DNA from: Scyliorhinus canicula
Lineage: Eukaryota
NCBI RefSeq assembly: GCF_902713615.1
Contig: NC_052176.1
Location: forward strand, 2,976,001 to 3,040,000
Direction of reading: 5' to 3'
DNA length: 64,000 bases
Below are positions 36,275 to 49,627 of this stretch, piece after piece. How positions within the stretch are numbered: the first letter of the stretch is position 1; the number at the start of each line of letters is the position of its first letter. The notes beneath the pieces were generated by a model. That model did no database searches. It worked only from the letters and a program-made list of their open reading frames with translations, and was not told the DNA's origin. A program made the position numbers and the translations under genes.

Positions 36275-36454
36275 GTACAAGTCTATCGTCGAACGAACCT
36301 TCTAATCCACACTATGATCCCACCCCTCCCCTGTGCCATCTTTGTGTCTCTAAATATGTCTGGACTCACTGGGCGAGATATTCCAGTCTCGCATGGCGGG
36401 ATCCAGGACTGCTCAAGTCTATGGTGTTTTGCCAGCACCGGGGACCCGCCGTGT

Positions 36455-37615
36455 TTGGGTTTGGATTTTGTTTATTGTCACGTGTACCGAGGTACAGTGA
36501 AAAGTATTTTTCTGCGAGCAACTCAACAGACCATTAAGTACATGAAAAGAAAATGAAATAAAAGAAAATACATAATAGGGCAACACAAGGTACACAGTGT
36601 AAATACATTGTGTCGTGGGCCAGGGTTTAGAGAACCCCAAAGTGTATCATGGAGTTCACCTGACCTACAACTTTTAATAGATTGTGGTATGGGGAGCACA
36701 CGGCCCACTCTACAGGTGTGGTACAGCAGAAATGGAAAAGTATTTTTTCAAGCAAAACAATATTTATTCCATAAACTCAAGTTAACCTTTTTAAAACATA
36801 CAGTGAACATCTTAGCAACCATTAATTCAAATACAACCCCCAAAGAATACAACGCTAAGTAATCCTTAATAACTTCCCAAACAACATCCAGAAGACGGAA
36901 GAAACACCTTTTAACAGAAGCACATCAGGTTTACATTCACTACTGAGAACATTTATAATTCTGAATTCACCAAATGATCAAGAGATAGTCTTTTGATGGC
37001 AGAGAGATCAACAGTACACCTGCTCTGTCTGGCTTCAGCTCCAACACTGAAAACGAAAGTAAAACACACCCTGCAGCAAAGAGCCGGAAACGAAAGTAAA
37101 AAGCTGACAGACAGCCCAGCTCCACCCACACTCTGACATCACTGATAAACACCCATTTGTTAAAGGTACATTTCTTAAACACCAATTTCTTCAAGGTGCT
37201 CTCACATGACAATAGACACCGGCCATCGGGTGAAGCATACAGGGTGTAGTGTTAATCAGGTCAGTCCATAAGAGGGTCGTTTAGGAGTCTGGTAACAGCG
37301 GGGAAGAAGCTGTTTTTGAATCTGTTCGTGCGTGTTCTCAGACTTCTGTATCTCCTGCCTGATGGAAGAAGTTGGAAGAGTGAGTAAGCTGGGTGGGAGG
37401 GGTCTTTGATTATGCTGCCCACTTTCCCCAGGCAGCGGGAGGTGTAGACGGAGTCAATGGATGGGAGGCGGGTTCGTGTGACAGACTGGGCGGTGTTCAC
37501 GACTCTCTGAAGTTTCTTGCAGTCTGCGGCCGAGCAGTTGCCATACCAGGCTGTGATGCAGCCCGATAGGATGCTTTCTATGGTGCATCTGTAAAAGTTG
37601 GTAAGAGTTAAAGTG
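36455..37615 (-). mobile_element. Rex1/Babar-like LINE 3' end (split by a solo LTR)
   Basis: LTNFYRCTIESILSGCITAWYGNCS...LLPSGRRYRSLRTRTNRFKNSFFP. Confidence 0.8.
36611..37211 (-). mobile_element. Solo LTR, 4-bp-TSD family
   Basis: TG...CA; TSD ATTG/ATAG; truncated relative at 32122-32315. Confidence 0.8.
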
Positions 37616-38253
37616 GACGTGTCAGCTTCAGTGGGACCGGACGATTGCACCAGTGCGAAGGACTTGAAAATCCCGCCCTCTGTTTTAGATCTCCCGTCTG
37701 CCTTATGTTTCTCCATCCCTGACCCTCTGCGTGAGCCCAGGCAATTCTGCCATCATCTAAGCCAGTGTTCTTCAAAGTCGGGGATGCGATTCGCGGGCGA
37801 GTGTCAGGAGAGTCACGGAGCTGTTGTCCACGGTGCTCCCGATCGCGCAGATCCCCTCGCAGCAGCCGGCTTTTCATAACGCCGGCTGCAAGCGGCCGGG
37901 AACATGTCAAAAAAAATAATTTGCCAGCATTGCGCATGCGAAGGTCGCGAAGATGTGCAGAGTAGGTGGATTGGCCACGCTAAATTGCCCCTTAATTGGA
38001 AAAAATTAATTGGGTACTCTAAATTTATAAAAGAAAACAATGCTACCCAACTGTGCTACCGTGCCGCCCAACTACACTGTAGGGATTCTATGATCCTATT
38101 CCAATTTCCCCTTGGCCAGCCTTCCACCTTTGGCTCAACTAAAACTTAATTGCCAATATGCCACACAAATAGGGTACTGGTGCAAACAGGGGGGACAAGT
38201 GACCGTTTTCAAGCCGCAACCACCTAACTACACTAAACAGACACCTATACAAT

Positions 38254-38492
38254 TGTGGTAGTATGACTAGGGGTATTACGGTACCTGGGAGGGTGAGCTG
38301 CCATTGGTGCAGAGGGCTCGCTGCCCATTGGCCCAAGTATCGTGTCCTCTGTATTCTCATTGGTCGAGAGGAAGGTAGCTCCGCCTACAAGGCGGGGTAT
38401 AAGAACCCGTGTTCCCCTGGGCACACTTCTTGCTGATTAAAAACCTTTGCTTCGGACTCTTCCTTCATTTCGTGTCCATTGATTGTGCATCA
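38254..38492 (+). mobile_element. Short solo LTR (239 bp), related to the 16582 copy
   Basis: TG...CA; 5-bp TSD ACAAT; TATA and ATTAAA. Confidence 0.78.
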
Positions 38493-38762
38493 ACAATGAA
38501 CCTGTGTGGGATATCAGAGCCAGCTTCATTCCAACAAGCAGAGGAGCAGGGATGGACAGTGGAGAGGCGGAAATGAATTAATATTCTGGAGATTTGCTTT
38601 CTAATCGTTCGGTAATTTTGTCTCGGGAAATGACATAGTTGAGATAGGTGAGTATAAAATGGAAATGTTAACTGATGTGCTTTGCACTGTTGATGGGAGG
38701 CTTGACAAGGAGCTATTGGATTGCAAGTTTTGAACATATATTTTACATATTGCATTTTTCAG

Positions 38763-39124
38763 ACCCTTTGTTCACACTGGTGGATTCAGACGGGCTGGAT
38801 TGGAGTGCTGATCCTTCACAAGTGACAGCAGAAACCGATTCTCGTTTCGGCAGCTTTGAACGCAGAATAGGCACGAGAAAAAGACAGCCGGAAGCGGATG
38901 GAATGAAGCCCGGTACAAATCCCGACAGCAGCCCTTTCAAAAAACCAGTGGATGGATCATACAGCCAGCCAAGGCCGGAAAACATCAGCACGGGCCACAT
39001 CGCCTCGCTGAAACCAGACGTCCAGGTCCCAATCCCTCCTAGACTAACATCGGAGACAACCGACTCCGTGGGGGCGCAGTGCAGCCCGAAGCAAACAATC
39101 AACAGAAAGCCAACTGAAGATCAG
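38763..39124 (+). CDS. TOP6BL: TOP6BL exon 15 (disordered S/P/D-rich linker DPLF...TEDQ)
   Basis: ttttcag| and CAG|gtttgt; 362-nt open, non-repeat frame; phase 1->0. Confidence 0.8.
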
Positions 39125-39737
39125 GTTTGTGACTGTATCCTAGTTTATTTTCATAGAAATTCTTTTTTTTTTTGACCGACTAAGCGTCTGCTAAACGTGA
39201 AAGCCCATCGCCATATTTATGCGACTGGACTGGTGAGCCACTCACGTCGCCTGTCCAAATCCCCTTCAAGCTTCCTTGCATCCCCCTCGCAACTTACATT
39301 CCCACCTGGGTTTTGGGCCGTCAGCAAATTTGAAGATATTACATTTGGTCCCTGCATTCAAAATCATGTATGTACATTGTAAAGAGCTGTGGTCACAGCA
39401 CTGATACCTGCCGGTTTAGCTCGGTGGGCTGGACAGCCGGTTTGTGATGCAGAGCGAGGCCAGCTTCGCAGATTCCCGTACTGGCTGAGGTTATTCATGA
39501 AGGACCCCCACCCCGGCCTTCTCAACCTTGCCCCCCGCCTGAGGTGCGGTGACCCCCCGGTTAAATCACCACCAGTCAGCGCTCCCTGTCAAAGGGCAAA
39601 ACAGCCTATGGCCATTTGGGACAACGGTGGCACGCTAGCACAGAGGTTAGCATTGTGGTTAGCACTGTTGCTTCACAGCTCCAGGGTCCCGGGTTCGATT
39701 CCCGGCTTGGGTCACTGTCTGTGCGGAGACTGCACGT

Positions 39738-39769
<32 letters not shown>

Positions 39770-40554
39770 TCTGCGTGGGTTTCCTCCGGGTGCTCCGGTT
39801 TCCTCCCACAGTCCAAAGATGTGCAGAATAGGTTGACTGGCCATGATAAATTGCCCTTAGTGTCCAAAAAGGCTAGGTGGGGTTACGGGAATAGGATCGA
39901 GGTGTGGGCTTACGTAGGATGCTCTTTCCAAGGGCTGGCGCAGACACGATGGGCCGAATGGTCTCCTTCTGCATTGTAAATTCTATGGCGACCTTACTTG
40001 TAGTATGCCCGGTAGTCACAGCCTAACATCCTGAGAATGATCCGTTTAGTTCTTCTGTCTGTCAATCCATGCCAGTATTTTGCCCCTAATGTGCTCTAAT
40101 TTTGCTCACAAACCTCCTGTGTGGGACCTTACCAAAAGCTTTCTGACAATCCAAATATACCAGATCCAATGGTTCTTCTTTGCCAATGCTATAAGTAACA
40201 TCCCCAACACATCTGCAGGGCTCCTGCTGAAATTCAATTGCCTAAACCTGCACACGCTCAGCACATTGAATAGTTACTGCTGATTGTCCAGCTAAGGTCA
40301 CCCTATCCATTTGGGAATTAGCTTATAATACTAATAAACTTCATTGTCACAAGTAGCTAATGCTACAATGAAGTTACTGTGAAAAGCCCCGAGTCGCCAC
40401 ATTCCGGCGCCTGTTCGGGTACACGGAGGGAGAATTCAGAATGTCCAATTCACCTGACAAGCGCGTCTGTGCTGCTTATTAAACCCACCCGGAGGCAAAC
40501 ACTCTGTACCATCCAGGAACAGGTTTCTGAAAATAATTGCAAAATAGTAGCAAG

Positions 40555-41592
40555 ACCATACGACATAGGAGCAGAATTAGGCCACTTGGCCCATCGAGTC
40601 TGCTCCGCCATTCAATCATGGCTGATATTTTTCTCATCCCCATTCTCCTGCCTTCTTCCCATAAACCCTGATCCCCTCATTAATCAAGAACCTCTCTATC
40701 TCTGTCTTAAAGACACTCAGTGATTTGGCCTCCACAGCCTTCTGCGGCAAAGAGTTCCACAGATTCACCCCCCTCTGGCTGAAGAAATTCCTCCTCATCT
40801 CTGTTTTAAAGGATCGTCCCTTTAGTCTGAGATGGTGTCCTCTGGTTCTAGTTTTTCCTACAAGTGGAAACATCCTCTCCACCTCCACTCTATCCAGGCC
40901 TCGCAGTATCTTGTATGTTTCAATAAGATCCCCTCTCACCCATCTAAACTCCAACGAGTACAGGCCCAGAGTCCTCAACCGTTCCTCATACGACAAGTTC
41001 TTCATTCCAGGGATCATTCTTGTGAACCTCCTCTGGACCCTTTCCAAGGCCCCAGCACATCCTTCCTTAGATACGGGGCCCAAAACTGCTCACAATACTC
41101 CAAATGGGGTCTGACCAGAGCCTGATACAGCCTCAGAAGTACATCCCTGCTCTTGTACTCTAGCCCTCTTGACATGAATGCTCACATTGTATTTGCCTTC
41201 ATAACTGCTGACTGAACCTGAACATTAACCTTAAGAAGTGAACAAGTTCTCCCAAGTCCCTTTGTGCTTCTGCTTTCCAAAGCATTTCCCCATTTAGAGA
41301 ATAGTCTATGCCTGGATTCCTCCTTCCAAAGTGCATAACCTCACACTTCTCCACATTGTATTGCATTTGTCACTTCATTGCCCACTCTCCTAGCCTGTCC
41401 AAGTCCTTCTGCAGCCCCCTTGCTTCCTCAATACTACCTGTCCCTCTACAGATCTTTGTGTCATCTGCAAACTTAGCAACAGTGACTTCAGTTCCTTCCT
41501 CCAGATCATTAATGTATATTGTGAAAAGTTGTGGTCCCAGCACAGACCCCTGAGGCACACCACTAGTCACCGGCTGCCATCCTGAAAAAGAC
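40555..41592 (-). mobile_element. CR1 LINE 3' fragment
   Basis: [18 protein letters not shown] and FFSQRGVNLWNSLP. Confidence 0.9.
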
Positions 41593-41759
41593 CCCACGTT
41601 GCAAGAATACGTGGTTTGAACAGCTAATTGAATGAACACGGTCTAACTATTCACTGTCATCACAAAGGGAGAAAATGTTTTCTGTTAATCACTTGTGCCC
41701 AGCATGCGGGCTTCTTTGATAATGATACTAATAATATTTTTGCGTTCTGTTGCATGCAG

Positions 41760-41813
41760 GAGGAATACGTATGGCTTCGGGAAGTTTCTAACTTGTCTGA
41801 TTGGACACAGTGA
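41760..41813 (+). CDS. TOP6BL: TOP6BL exon 16 (EEYVWLREVSNLSDWTQ*)
   Basis: tgcag|; matches the conserved C-terminal WLQEVSNLSEW motif; TGA stop. Confidence 0.95.
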   Translation, partial: EEYVWLREVSNLSDWTQ

Positions 41814-41918
41814 TCATCACCAGATCGAGGTGGGCTGGAGGCATCCCTCAGGCCATCAACTCAAATAAGATAGAAACAAATATTAATAACAGCAGGAGGC
41901 GAGCAATTGAAAATAGCA

Positions 41919-41996
41919 AATAAACCTAAGTGGCTTTTACCAATTGTATAATAACGCAAAAGGGTTATTACCCTTAACGAAAATGTATAAAATAAA
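41919..41996 (+). terminator. TOP6BL polyadenylation signals
   Basis: AATAAA at 41919 and 41991; the second is followed by a GT/T-rich tract. Confidence 0.55.
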
Positions 41997-42441
41997 GTTG
42001 TTTCTGTGTAAGAGGAGGTTTTATTTTGCTTTTAGGATCTTGGCTATACTCCCAGGGAGCACAAGGTGACCTGGAGATGATTATTAACCAGTATATCATG
42101 TATTCAGAGCAAATTGAACAAATATTGAATCTGAATGCACTTTAAATCACGTGCCTCAGTGGCAACCAGTCTGGATCGTACGGTACAATGATCGTACCTC
42201 TTTTTTCATTACTTTTTCTGAGTTACAAAGCCAGGGCTGAGAGTGTGGCCAGGGGCGAATCCTTAATCCAGCTCATGGCCTGCTCCAAAACACAATTCAA
42301 ATTGAATACAATTCATGGTCCCCACAAGAGATACATACCAGATCTGAGCCAAAAGGCAGAGCAGATACTACACTTGCTCTTCGCCAAAAGGCCGAGAAGC
42401 GATCCAATGATCGTACATTTGACGCTACATCATTCGGTTAC

Positions 42442-43040
42442 ATAGAAGATTACAGCGCAGTACAGGCCCTTCGGCCCTCGATGTTGCGCCGACCTGTGAA
42501 ACCCCTCTAAAGCCCATCTACACTATTCCCTTATCGTCCATATGCCTATCCAATGACCATTTGAATGCGTTTAGTGTTGGCGAGTCCACTACTGTTGCAG
42601 GCAGGGCATTCCACACCCTTACTACTCTCTGAGTAAAGAACCTACCTCTGACATCTGTCCTATATCTATCTCCCCTCAATTTAAAGCTATGTCCCCTCGT
42701 GCTGGACATCACCATCCGAGGAAAAAGTCTCTCACTGTCCACCCTATCTAATCCTCTGATCATTTTGTATGCCTCAATTAAGTCACCTCTTAACTTTCTT
42801 CTCTCTAACGAAAACAGCCTCAAGTCCTTCAGCCTTTCCTCGTAAGATCTTCCCTCCATACCAGGCAACATCCTGGTAAATCTCCTCTGTACCCTTTCCA
42901 ATGCTTCCACATCCTTCCTCTAATGCGGCGACCAGAACTGTACGCAATACTCCAAATGCGGCCGCACCAGAGTTTTGTACAACTGCAACATGATCTCAGG
43001 GCTCCGAAACTCAATTCCTCTACCAATAAAAGCTAACACA
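42442..43040 (-). mobile_element. CR1 LINE 3' fragment
   Basis: ORF 42518-42910 is the CR1 ORF2 C-terminus. Confidence 0.9.
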
Positions 43041-46000
43041 CCAGAGGCTACTTGTCAGGAGGGACGTTCCAGAACTCTGAGGCACACATGATCCTGGCAA
43101 ACCCAACATGAATCCTGGAGGGAAAGCATGGCCGTGAATCGGCCACATAACAGGACGCTTCAGCTAAAGAATTCTCTGGGCATTAAGCGGATGGAAGCAT
43201 TTATAAACGTGTTTAATCTTGCTACACCTCCGGCAGGAAAGTTTTTTTTTCTCAAGTGGGTTAACATCCGGGCAGCATATTATCATAGTCATAATCAGAG
43301 AATGTACAGTGCAGAAGGAGGCCATTCGGCCCATCGAGTCTGCACCGGCTCTTGGAAAGAGCACCCCATTTAAGCCCCCACTTCTCACCTAACCCAGTAA
43401 GCCCAACTAACGTTTTTTTGGACACTGAGGGCAATTTAACACGCCCAATCCACCCGACCTGCACATCTTTGGACTGTGGGAGGAAACCGGAGCACCCGGA
43501 GCAAAACCACGCAGAGACGGGGAGAACGTGCAGACTCCGCACAGACAGTGACTCAAGCCGGGAGTCGAAGCTGGGACCCTGGAGCTGTGAACATAGAACA
43601 TACAGTGCAGAAGGAGGCCATTCGGCCCGTCAAGTCTGCACCGAGCCACTTAAGCCCTCACTTCCACCCTATCCCCATAACCCAATAACCCCTCCTAACC
43701 TTTCTGATCACTAAGGGCAATTTGTCATGGCCAATCCATCTAAGCTGCACGTCTTTGGACTGGGAGGAAACCGGAGCACCCGGAGGAAACCAGCACAGAC
43801 ACCAGGAGAACGTGCAGACTCCACACAGACAGTGACTCAGCGGGAAACCGAACAAGGGACCCTGGCGCTGTGAAGCAATTGTGCTAACCACTGAGGGTTT
43901 TAATGTCTGCGTGGGTTTCCTCCGGGTGCTCCGGTTTCCTCCCACTGGTCTCGAAAGACGTGCTTGTTGGGTGAATTGGACATTCTGAATTCTCCCTCCG
44001 TGTACCCGAACAGGCGCCGGAATGTGGCGACGAGGGGCTTTTCACAGTAACATCATTGCCGTGTTAATGTAGGCCTACTTGTGACACTAAAGATTTTTTT
44101 TTTTTTAATCTTGTTTGGAAAAATTCATCTAATTTCCCCTGCAGTGCAAGCTGATTTCCCATGCACTCTTTCATCTCTTCTTGCAAGTGTTTTTTCCTAT
44201 CAGCTTAGGAATTCGCACAGCTGGGATTTATTTCCAAGCTATGTTGTGCTCGATTGCGGAGACTTGTGTTTTATTCATACTTTGACTAATATTATGGCTA
44301 TGCCTGTAGAGATGATTGCAAGCATTTGAAAAGCAGAGCCAGACCGCAAATGCATCTTTGCACGCCGTTCACTTGGGACCCAGCTTCGTTATCCCCCACC
44401 CCCCTCCAGGAGAGGCAAAAAATTGCCACCAACTCAGGGGGGAAAACAGCAGGAAAACCAGCCAATGCCTCGGGGCTCACAGTTAATTAGCTACTGATCC
44501 ACCATAACTGGGCAGCACGGTAGCATTGTGGACAGCACAATCGCTTCACAGCTCCAGGGTCCCAGGTTCGATTCCGGCTTGGGTCACTGTCTGTGCGGAG
44601 TCTGCACATCCTCCCCGTGTCTGCGTGGGTTTCCTCCGGGTGCTCTGGTTTCCTCCCACAGTCCAAAGATGTGCGGGTTAGGTGGATTGGCCATGATAAA
44701 TTGCCCTTAGTGTCCAAAATTGCCCTTAGTGTTGGGTGGGGTTACTGGGTAATGGGGATAGGGTGGAGGTGTTGACCTTGGATAGAGTGCTCTTTCCAAG
44801 AGCCGGTGCAGACTCGATGGGCCGAATGGCCTCCTTCTGCACTGTAAATTCTATGTAAAAATAATTTGAAAATGCGACGTTCCGTTTGAAAAGACTGTCG
44901 CGTCGCTGTATTTCCCACAAGCATTGCAAACATCGTTTAAGGGCGGCATGTGGCGCAGTGGTTAGCACTGGGACTGCAGCGCTGAGGACCCGGGTTCGAA
45001 TCCCGGCTCCGGGTCACTGTCCGTGTGGAGTTTGCACATTTTCCCCGTGACTGCGTGGGTTTCGCCCCCACAACCCAAAGATGTGCGGGGTAGGTGGATT
45101 GGCCACGCTAAATTGCCCCTTAATTGGAAAATAAAAATGATAATTGGGTGGACTAAATTTATTATGGGCAGCACGGCAGCAGAGTGGTTAGCACTGTGGC
45201 TTTACAGCGCCAGGGCCCCAGGTTCGATTCCCTGCTGGGTCACTGTGCGGAGTCTGCACGTTCTCCCTGTGTCTGCGTGGGTTTCCTCCGGGTGCTCCTG
45301 TTTCCTCTCACAGTCCAAAGACGGGCAGGTTAGGTGGATTGGCCATGATAAATTGTCCTTAGTGTCCAAAAAAGGTTGGTAGGGGTTATTGGGTTACGGG
45401 GATAGGGTGGAAGTGAGGGCTTAAGTGAGTCGGTGCAGACTCGATGGGCCGAATGGCCTCCTTCTGCCCTGTATGTTCAATGTTCCATCATACAGGCGTG
45501 AGGCTTCACATTTTTTGACATATGTCTAGATTTTTTTTACGTTTTAAAAATCTGTACAAGCTTCATAGAATTTACAGTGCAGAAGGAGGCCATTCGACCC
45601 ATCGAGTCTGCACCAGCTCTTGGAAAGAGCACCCAACTTAAGCCCACGCCTCCACCCTATCCCCGTAACCCCACCTAACCTTTTTGGATACTAAGGGCAA
45701 TTTAGCACGGCCAATCCACCCAACCTGCACATCTTTGGACTGTGGGAGGAAACCGGAGCACCCGGAGGAAACCCACGCAGACACGGGGAGAACGTGCAGA
45801 CTCTGCACAAACAGTGACCTTAGCCAGGAATCGAACCTAGGACCCTGAAGCTGTGAAGTAACTGTGCTAACCACTGTGCTACCGTGCACGGTTGTTTGTC
45901 TCTCCAAAACCTTTTATTTTGAAGTACAAATATTGAAGTTTTGCATTTTTAAAAATAAATTTAGAGTACCCAATTAATTTTTTCCAGTTAAGGGGCAATT

Positions 46001-46747
46001 TAGCGTGGCCAATCCACCTATCCTGCACATCTTTGGGTTGTGGGGGCGAAACCCACACAAACACGGGGGAGAATGTGCAAACTCCACACGGACAGTGACC
46101 CAGAGCCGGGATCGAACCTGGGACCTCGGCGCCTTGAGGGAGCAGGGCTAACCCACTACGCCATCGTGCCGCCCTGACATTTTGCATTTTAACAAATCAA
46201 GCAACGAAACCACGGGAAGGGTACAGCTCAGCATGTACAAGAAAGTCTCAATGTACATGGATACAGAGGGGGGCAGGAGAACAGCAACATGGCTGGCTCA
46301 ATACAATCATTATCGACCCAATTTGGTGCCTGGAAACACCCCATGAGAGAACAGGGGAGAAATGAAAATGAAAATGAAATGAAAATCGCTTATTGTCACG
46401 AGTAGGCTTCAAATGAAGTTACTGTGAAAAGCCCCTAGTCGCCACATTCCGGCGCCTGTTCGGGGATGGACAAGGCCTTAAAAACACAGCAAAATGCTGA
46501 ATACAGGGTTAAAGGCAGAATTCTTGGAAGTGTGGAGGAACAGAGGGGTCCACCTACATAGATCCCTCAAAGTTGCCACCCAGGTTGATAGGGTTGTTAA
46601 GAAGACGTACGGCGTGTTGGCTTTCATTAACAGGGAGATTGAGTTTAAGAGCCGCGAGGTTTTGCTGCAGCTTTATAAAACTCTAGTTAGTCCACACTTG
46701 GAATATTGTGTCCAGTTCTGGTCACCTCATTTTCGGAAGGATGTGGA

Positions 46748-47603
46748 TGTTAGTGTCGCCATCTGGGATGGCCACTTCCAGAATGCAAAATGAATGTTTG
46801 CAAAGACTATAGGGAAACATGGACAATGTTAGGAAAGCAGGCAGGCACAGAGCCTGGATGCGTATTGAGGAGGCAACTCCCAGACGAGACTGAAACTGTA
46901 AGGCGATTAGCATATTGATGGCTCATCTCCGGGAACAAAGGAATGACTTTCAAGTAACCGATACAATAGCAGACATCCCGGCGCCAGCAAGACACAAACA
47001 AAGCCAGGCCAACGGCCACCTAAGACACGCCCAGCCATCAGGGCACCCACCCCTTTATTGGCCGAGATCGATACCGATGATCACGATGTGGTCCAATTAA
47101 GCGGGGCCAAGTTCAAGGCCCGCCCAAAAGCGCGCGAAGCCCCCTTTGGGTATAAGAAGCCCCCGAGAGAGAATCGCTCTCTTGGGCTCGGCTCTCGAAG
47201 CGGAGAGACCCGTCCATCAGCTGCACCAGAAGCAGTAAGGCCAAGGTCAACGCTCGCCATCAGACGGACGACCTTAGCTGTTCTCCTGTTACACCTTCGC
47301 ACCCAACAGCCTCAGATCCGAACAACGGCCATTGTTCTGACTGAGTGGGCGCCCGAAGTTAAGTATAGGCGTTAGCGTGAGAGATAGTTTAGTTTGTGGT
47401 ATTTGTGCATGAGTAGAGATTACTGTGTGTGTAAATAAATAGTATTGACTGTGAACTAACTAACTGGTGCATTGGTTCTTTGATCAGTATTCGGGTTTGA
47501 ACCTTGTGGCGGTATCGAAAGCGACTCCAGAGCGAACATAATTAGGATTAAGGAAGGCGACCATATTGACTGCTATATTTACAACCAGATAAATATAGCA
47601 ACA
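46748..47603 (+). mobile_element. LTR-like element without TSD
   Basis: Interrupts CR1; TGTT...AACA ends; TATAA at ~47151; AATAAA at ~47434. Confidence 0.65.
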
Positions 47604-47866
47604 CTTTGGAGAGGGTGCAAAGGAGATTTACCAGGATGCTGCCTGGACTGGAGGGCATGTCTTATGAAGAAAGGTTGAGGGAGCTGGGGCTTTTCTCACT
47701 GGAGCGAAGAAGGAAGAGAGGTGACTTGATAGAGGTGTACAAGGTGATGAGAGGCATGGATAGAGTGGATAGCCAGAGACTTTTCCCCAGGGTGGAAATG
47801 GCTGTCAAGAGGGGACATAATTTTAAGGTGATTGGAGGAAGGTATAGGGGTGATGTCAGAAGTAGG

Positions 47867-48568
47867 GGGCGGAATTTTCCGCTCCTGCGCGGCATCGGGA
47901 AGGCCGTCGTGAACTCGGCCAAGTTTCACGACGGCCTCGGAGGCCGCTCCTCGCACCCTATTCACCCCCCTCCCCCCCCCCCCCCCCCCCCAGGTGGCTA
48001 GGAGTGACGTTCCGTAAATCTCGGCCGCCGGTCCTTGACACTTGCGCGCCGAGAATGACGCGACGGCGGCGCCTAAGTGACGTCAGCCGTGCATGCGCAG
48101 GATTGCTGGCTCCAACCCGCGCATGCACGGTTGCCGTCTTCCCCTCTGCTGCCCCGCAAGACGTGGCGGCTTGATCTTGCGGGGCGGCGGAGGGGAATGA
48201 GTGCGTCTCTTAGAGACACTGGCCCGACAATCGGCGGGCACCGATCGCGGGCCAGTCCCCTCCCGAGCACGGCCGTTGTGCTCACTCCCCTCTCCGCCCC
48301 CCACAAGCCACAAACGAACCTTTGGTGGCATGTTCACAACGGCAGCGACCAGGTGTGGTTGCCGCCGGCGTGAACAGGTTGGAAACGTCAGGCCGCCCGC
48401 GCGGCCCATCCGGGCCGGAGAATCGCCGGTCGCCGTGAAAAACGGCGAGCGGCGATTCTCCGAGCGGGGGGGTGAGAGAATCGCGGGGGGTGCCAGGGCG
48501 GCGTGTCGTGAGTCGTCCGGCCCTCCCGCGATTCTCCCACCCGGCGTGGGGAGTGGAGAATCGTGCCT
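47867..48568. mobile_element. GC-rich MITE inserted in CR1
   Basis: TIRs; 3-bp TSD AGG; closely related to the 33966 copy. Confidence 0.82.
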
Positions 48569-49627
48569 AGGATCTTTACACAGAGAGTGATGGGTGTGTG
48601 GAATGCACTGCCAGCAGAGGTGGTGGAGTCAGAGTCATTAGGGACATTTAAGCGACTCTTAGACACATGGACAGCAGTAAATCGAAGGGGTGTAGGTTAG
48701 GTTGATCTTAGGTTAGGATATTGTGGGCTGAAGGGCCTGTACTGTGCTATACTGTTCTATGTTCTGTCTTCCCACACACCGATTGCTCGCAACGACCACA
48801 AGAGTCCAGGATAGATCTTTCGCATCATGTTCAGGCGCACACCAGCATCCATTTCCCTCAACTCCAGCAGGAACCGGGGCATCAACTACACACCGGCATG
48901 TCCTCTCGTCGGATTACAGGGGAGGCCTGTACCCCTTTTAGGAATCCATCTCGGATTCTTTATACCCACCATAACAAAAAAGGACAAACGCAAAGAAAAG
49001 CCACAAGGACCCAGCTCTAAAAGGAGGTTATAGAATTTACAGTACAGAAGGAGGCCATTCGGCCCACTGAGTCTGCACCGGCCCTTAGAAAGAACACCCC
49101 ACTTAAGCCGACACCTTTACCGTATTCCTGTAACCCAACCCAACTTTTTGATTTGATTTGATTTATTATTGTCACATGTCTACAGTGAAAAGTATTGTTT
49201 CTTGCAATACAATGTGTTTTTTGGACAGTAAGGGGCACTTTATCTGGCCAATCCACCTAACCTGCACATCTTTAGACTGGGAGGAAACCGGAGCGCCCGG
49301 AGGAAACCCACACAAACACGGGGAGAGAACGTTCAGACTCCGCATAGACAGTGACCCAAGCCGGGAATCGAACCTGGGAGCCTGGAGCTGTGAAACAACT
49401 GTGCTGACCTCTGTGCTACCCTGCTGCCCACTTATACATCCACCACACCGCGCAACATAAGCCCCACCTCAGGAAGAGAACCGAAAGATCATCATTTCAC
49501 ATACAAGAACCAACAGCTATAGATTCAGTGCCGTCATCGCCTCCTAATAACCTAATCGAAACAGGGTCAAATAAAAGTGGGAGAACTGCCAGAAGCAGAA
49601 GGTCACAGGATAAGAGAGGGCCAGGAC

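Larger units (their letters stand above)
46545..48765 (+). mobile_element. CR1 LINE 3' fragment interrupted by an LTR-like element and a MITE
   Basis: Colinear CR1 pieces at 46545-46749, 47604-47866 and 48569-48765. Confidence 0.88.
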
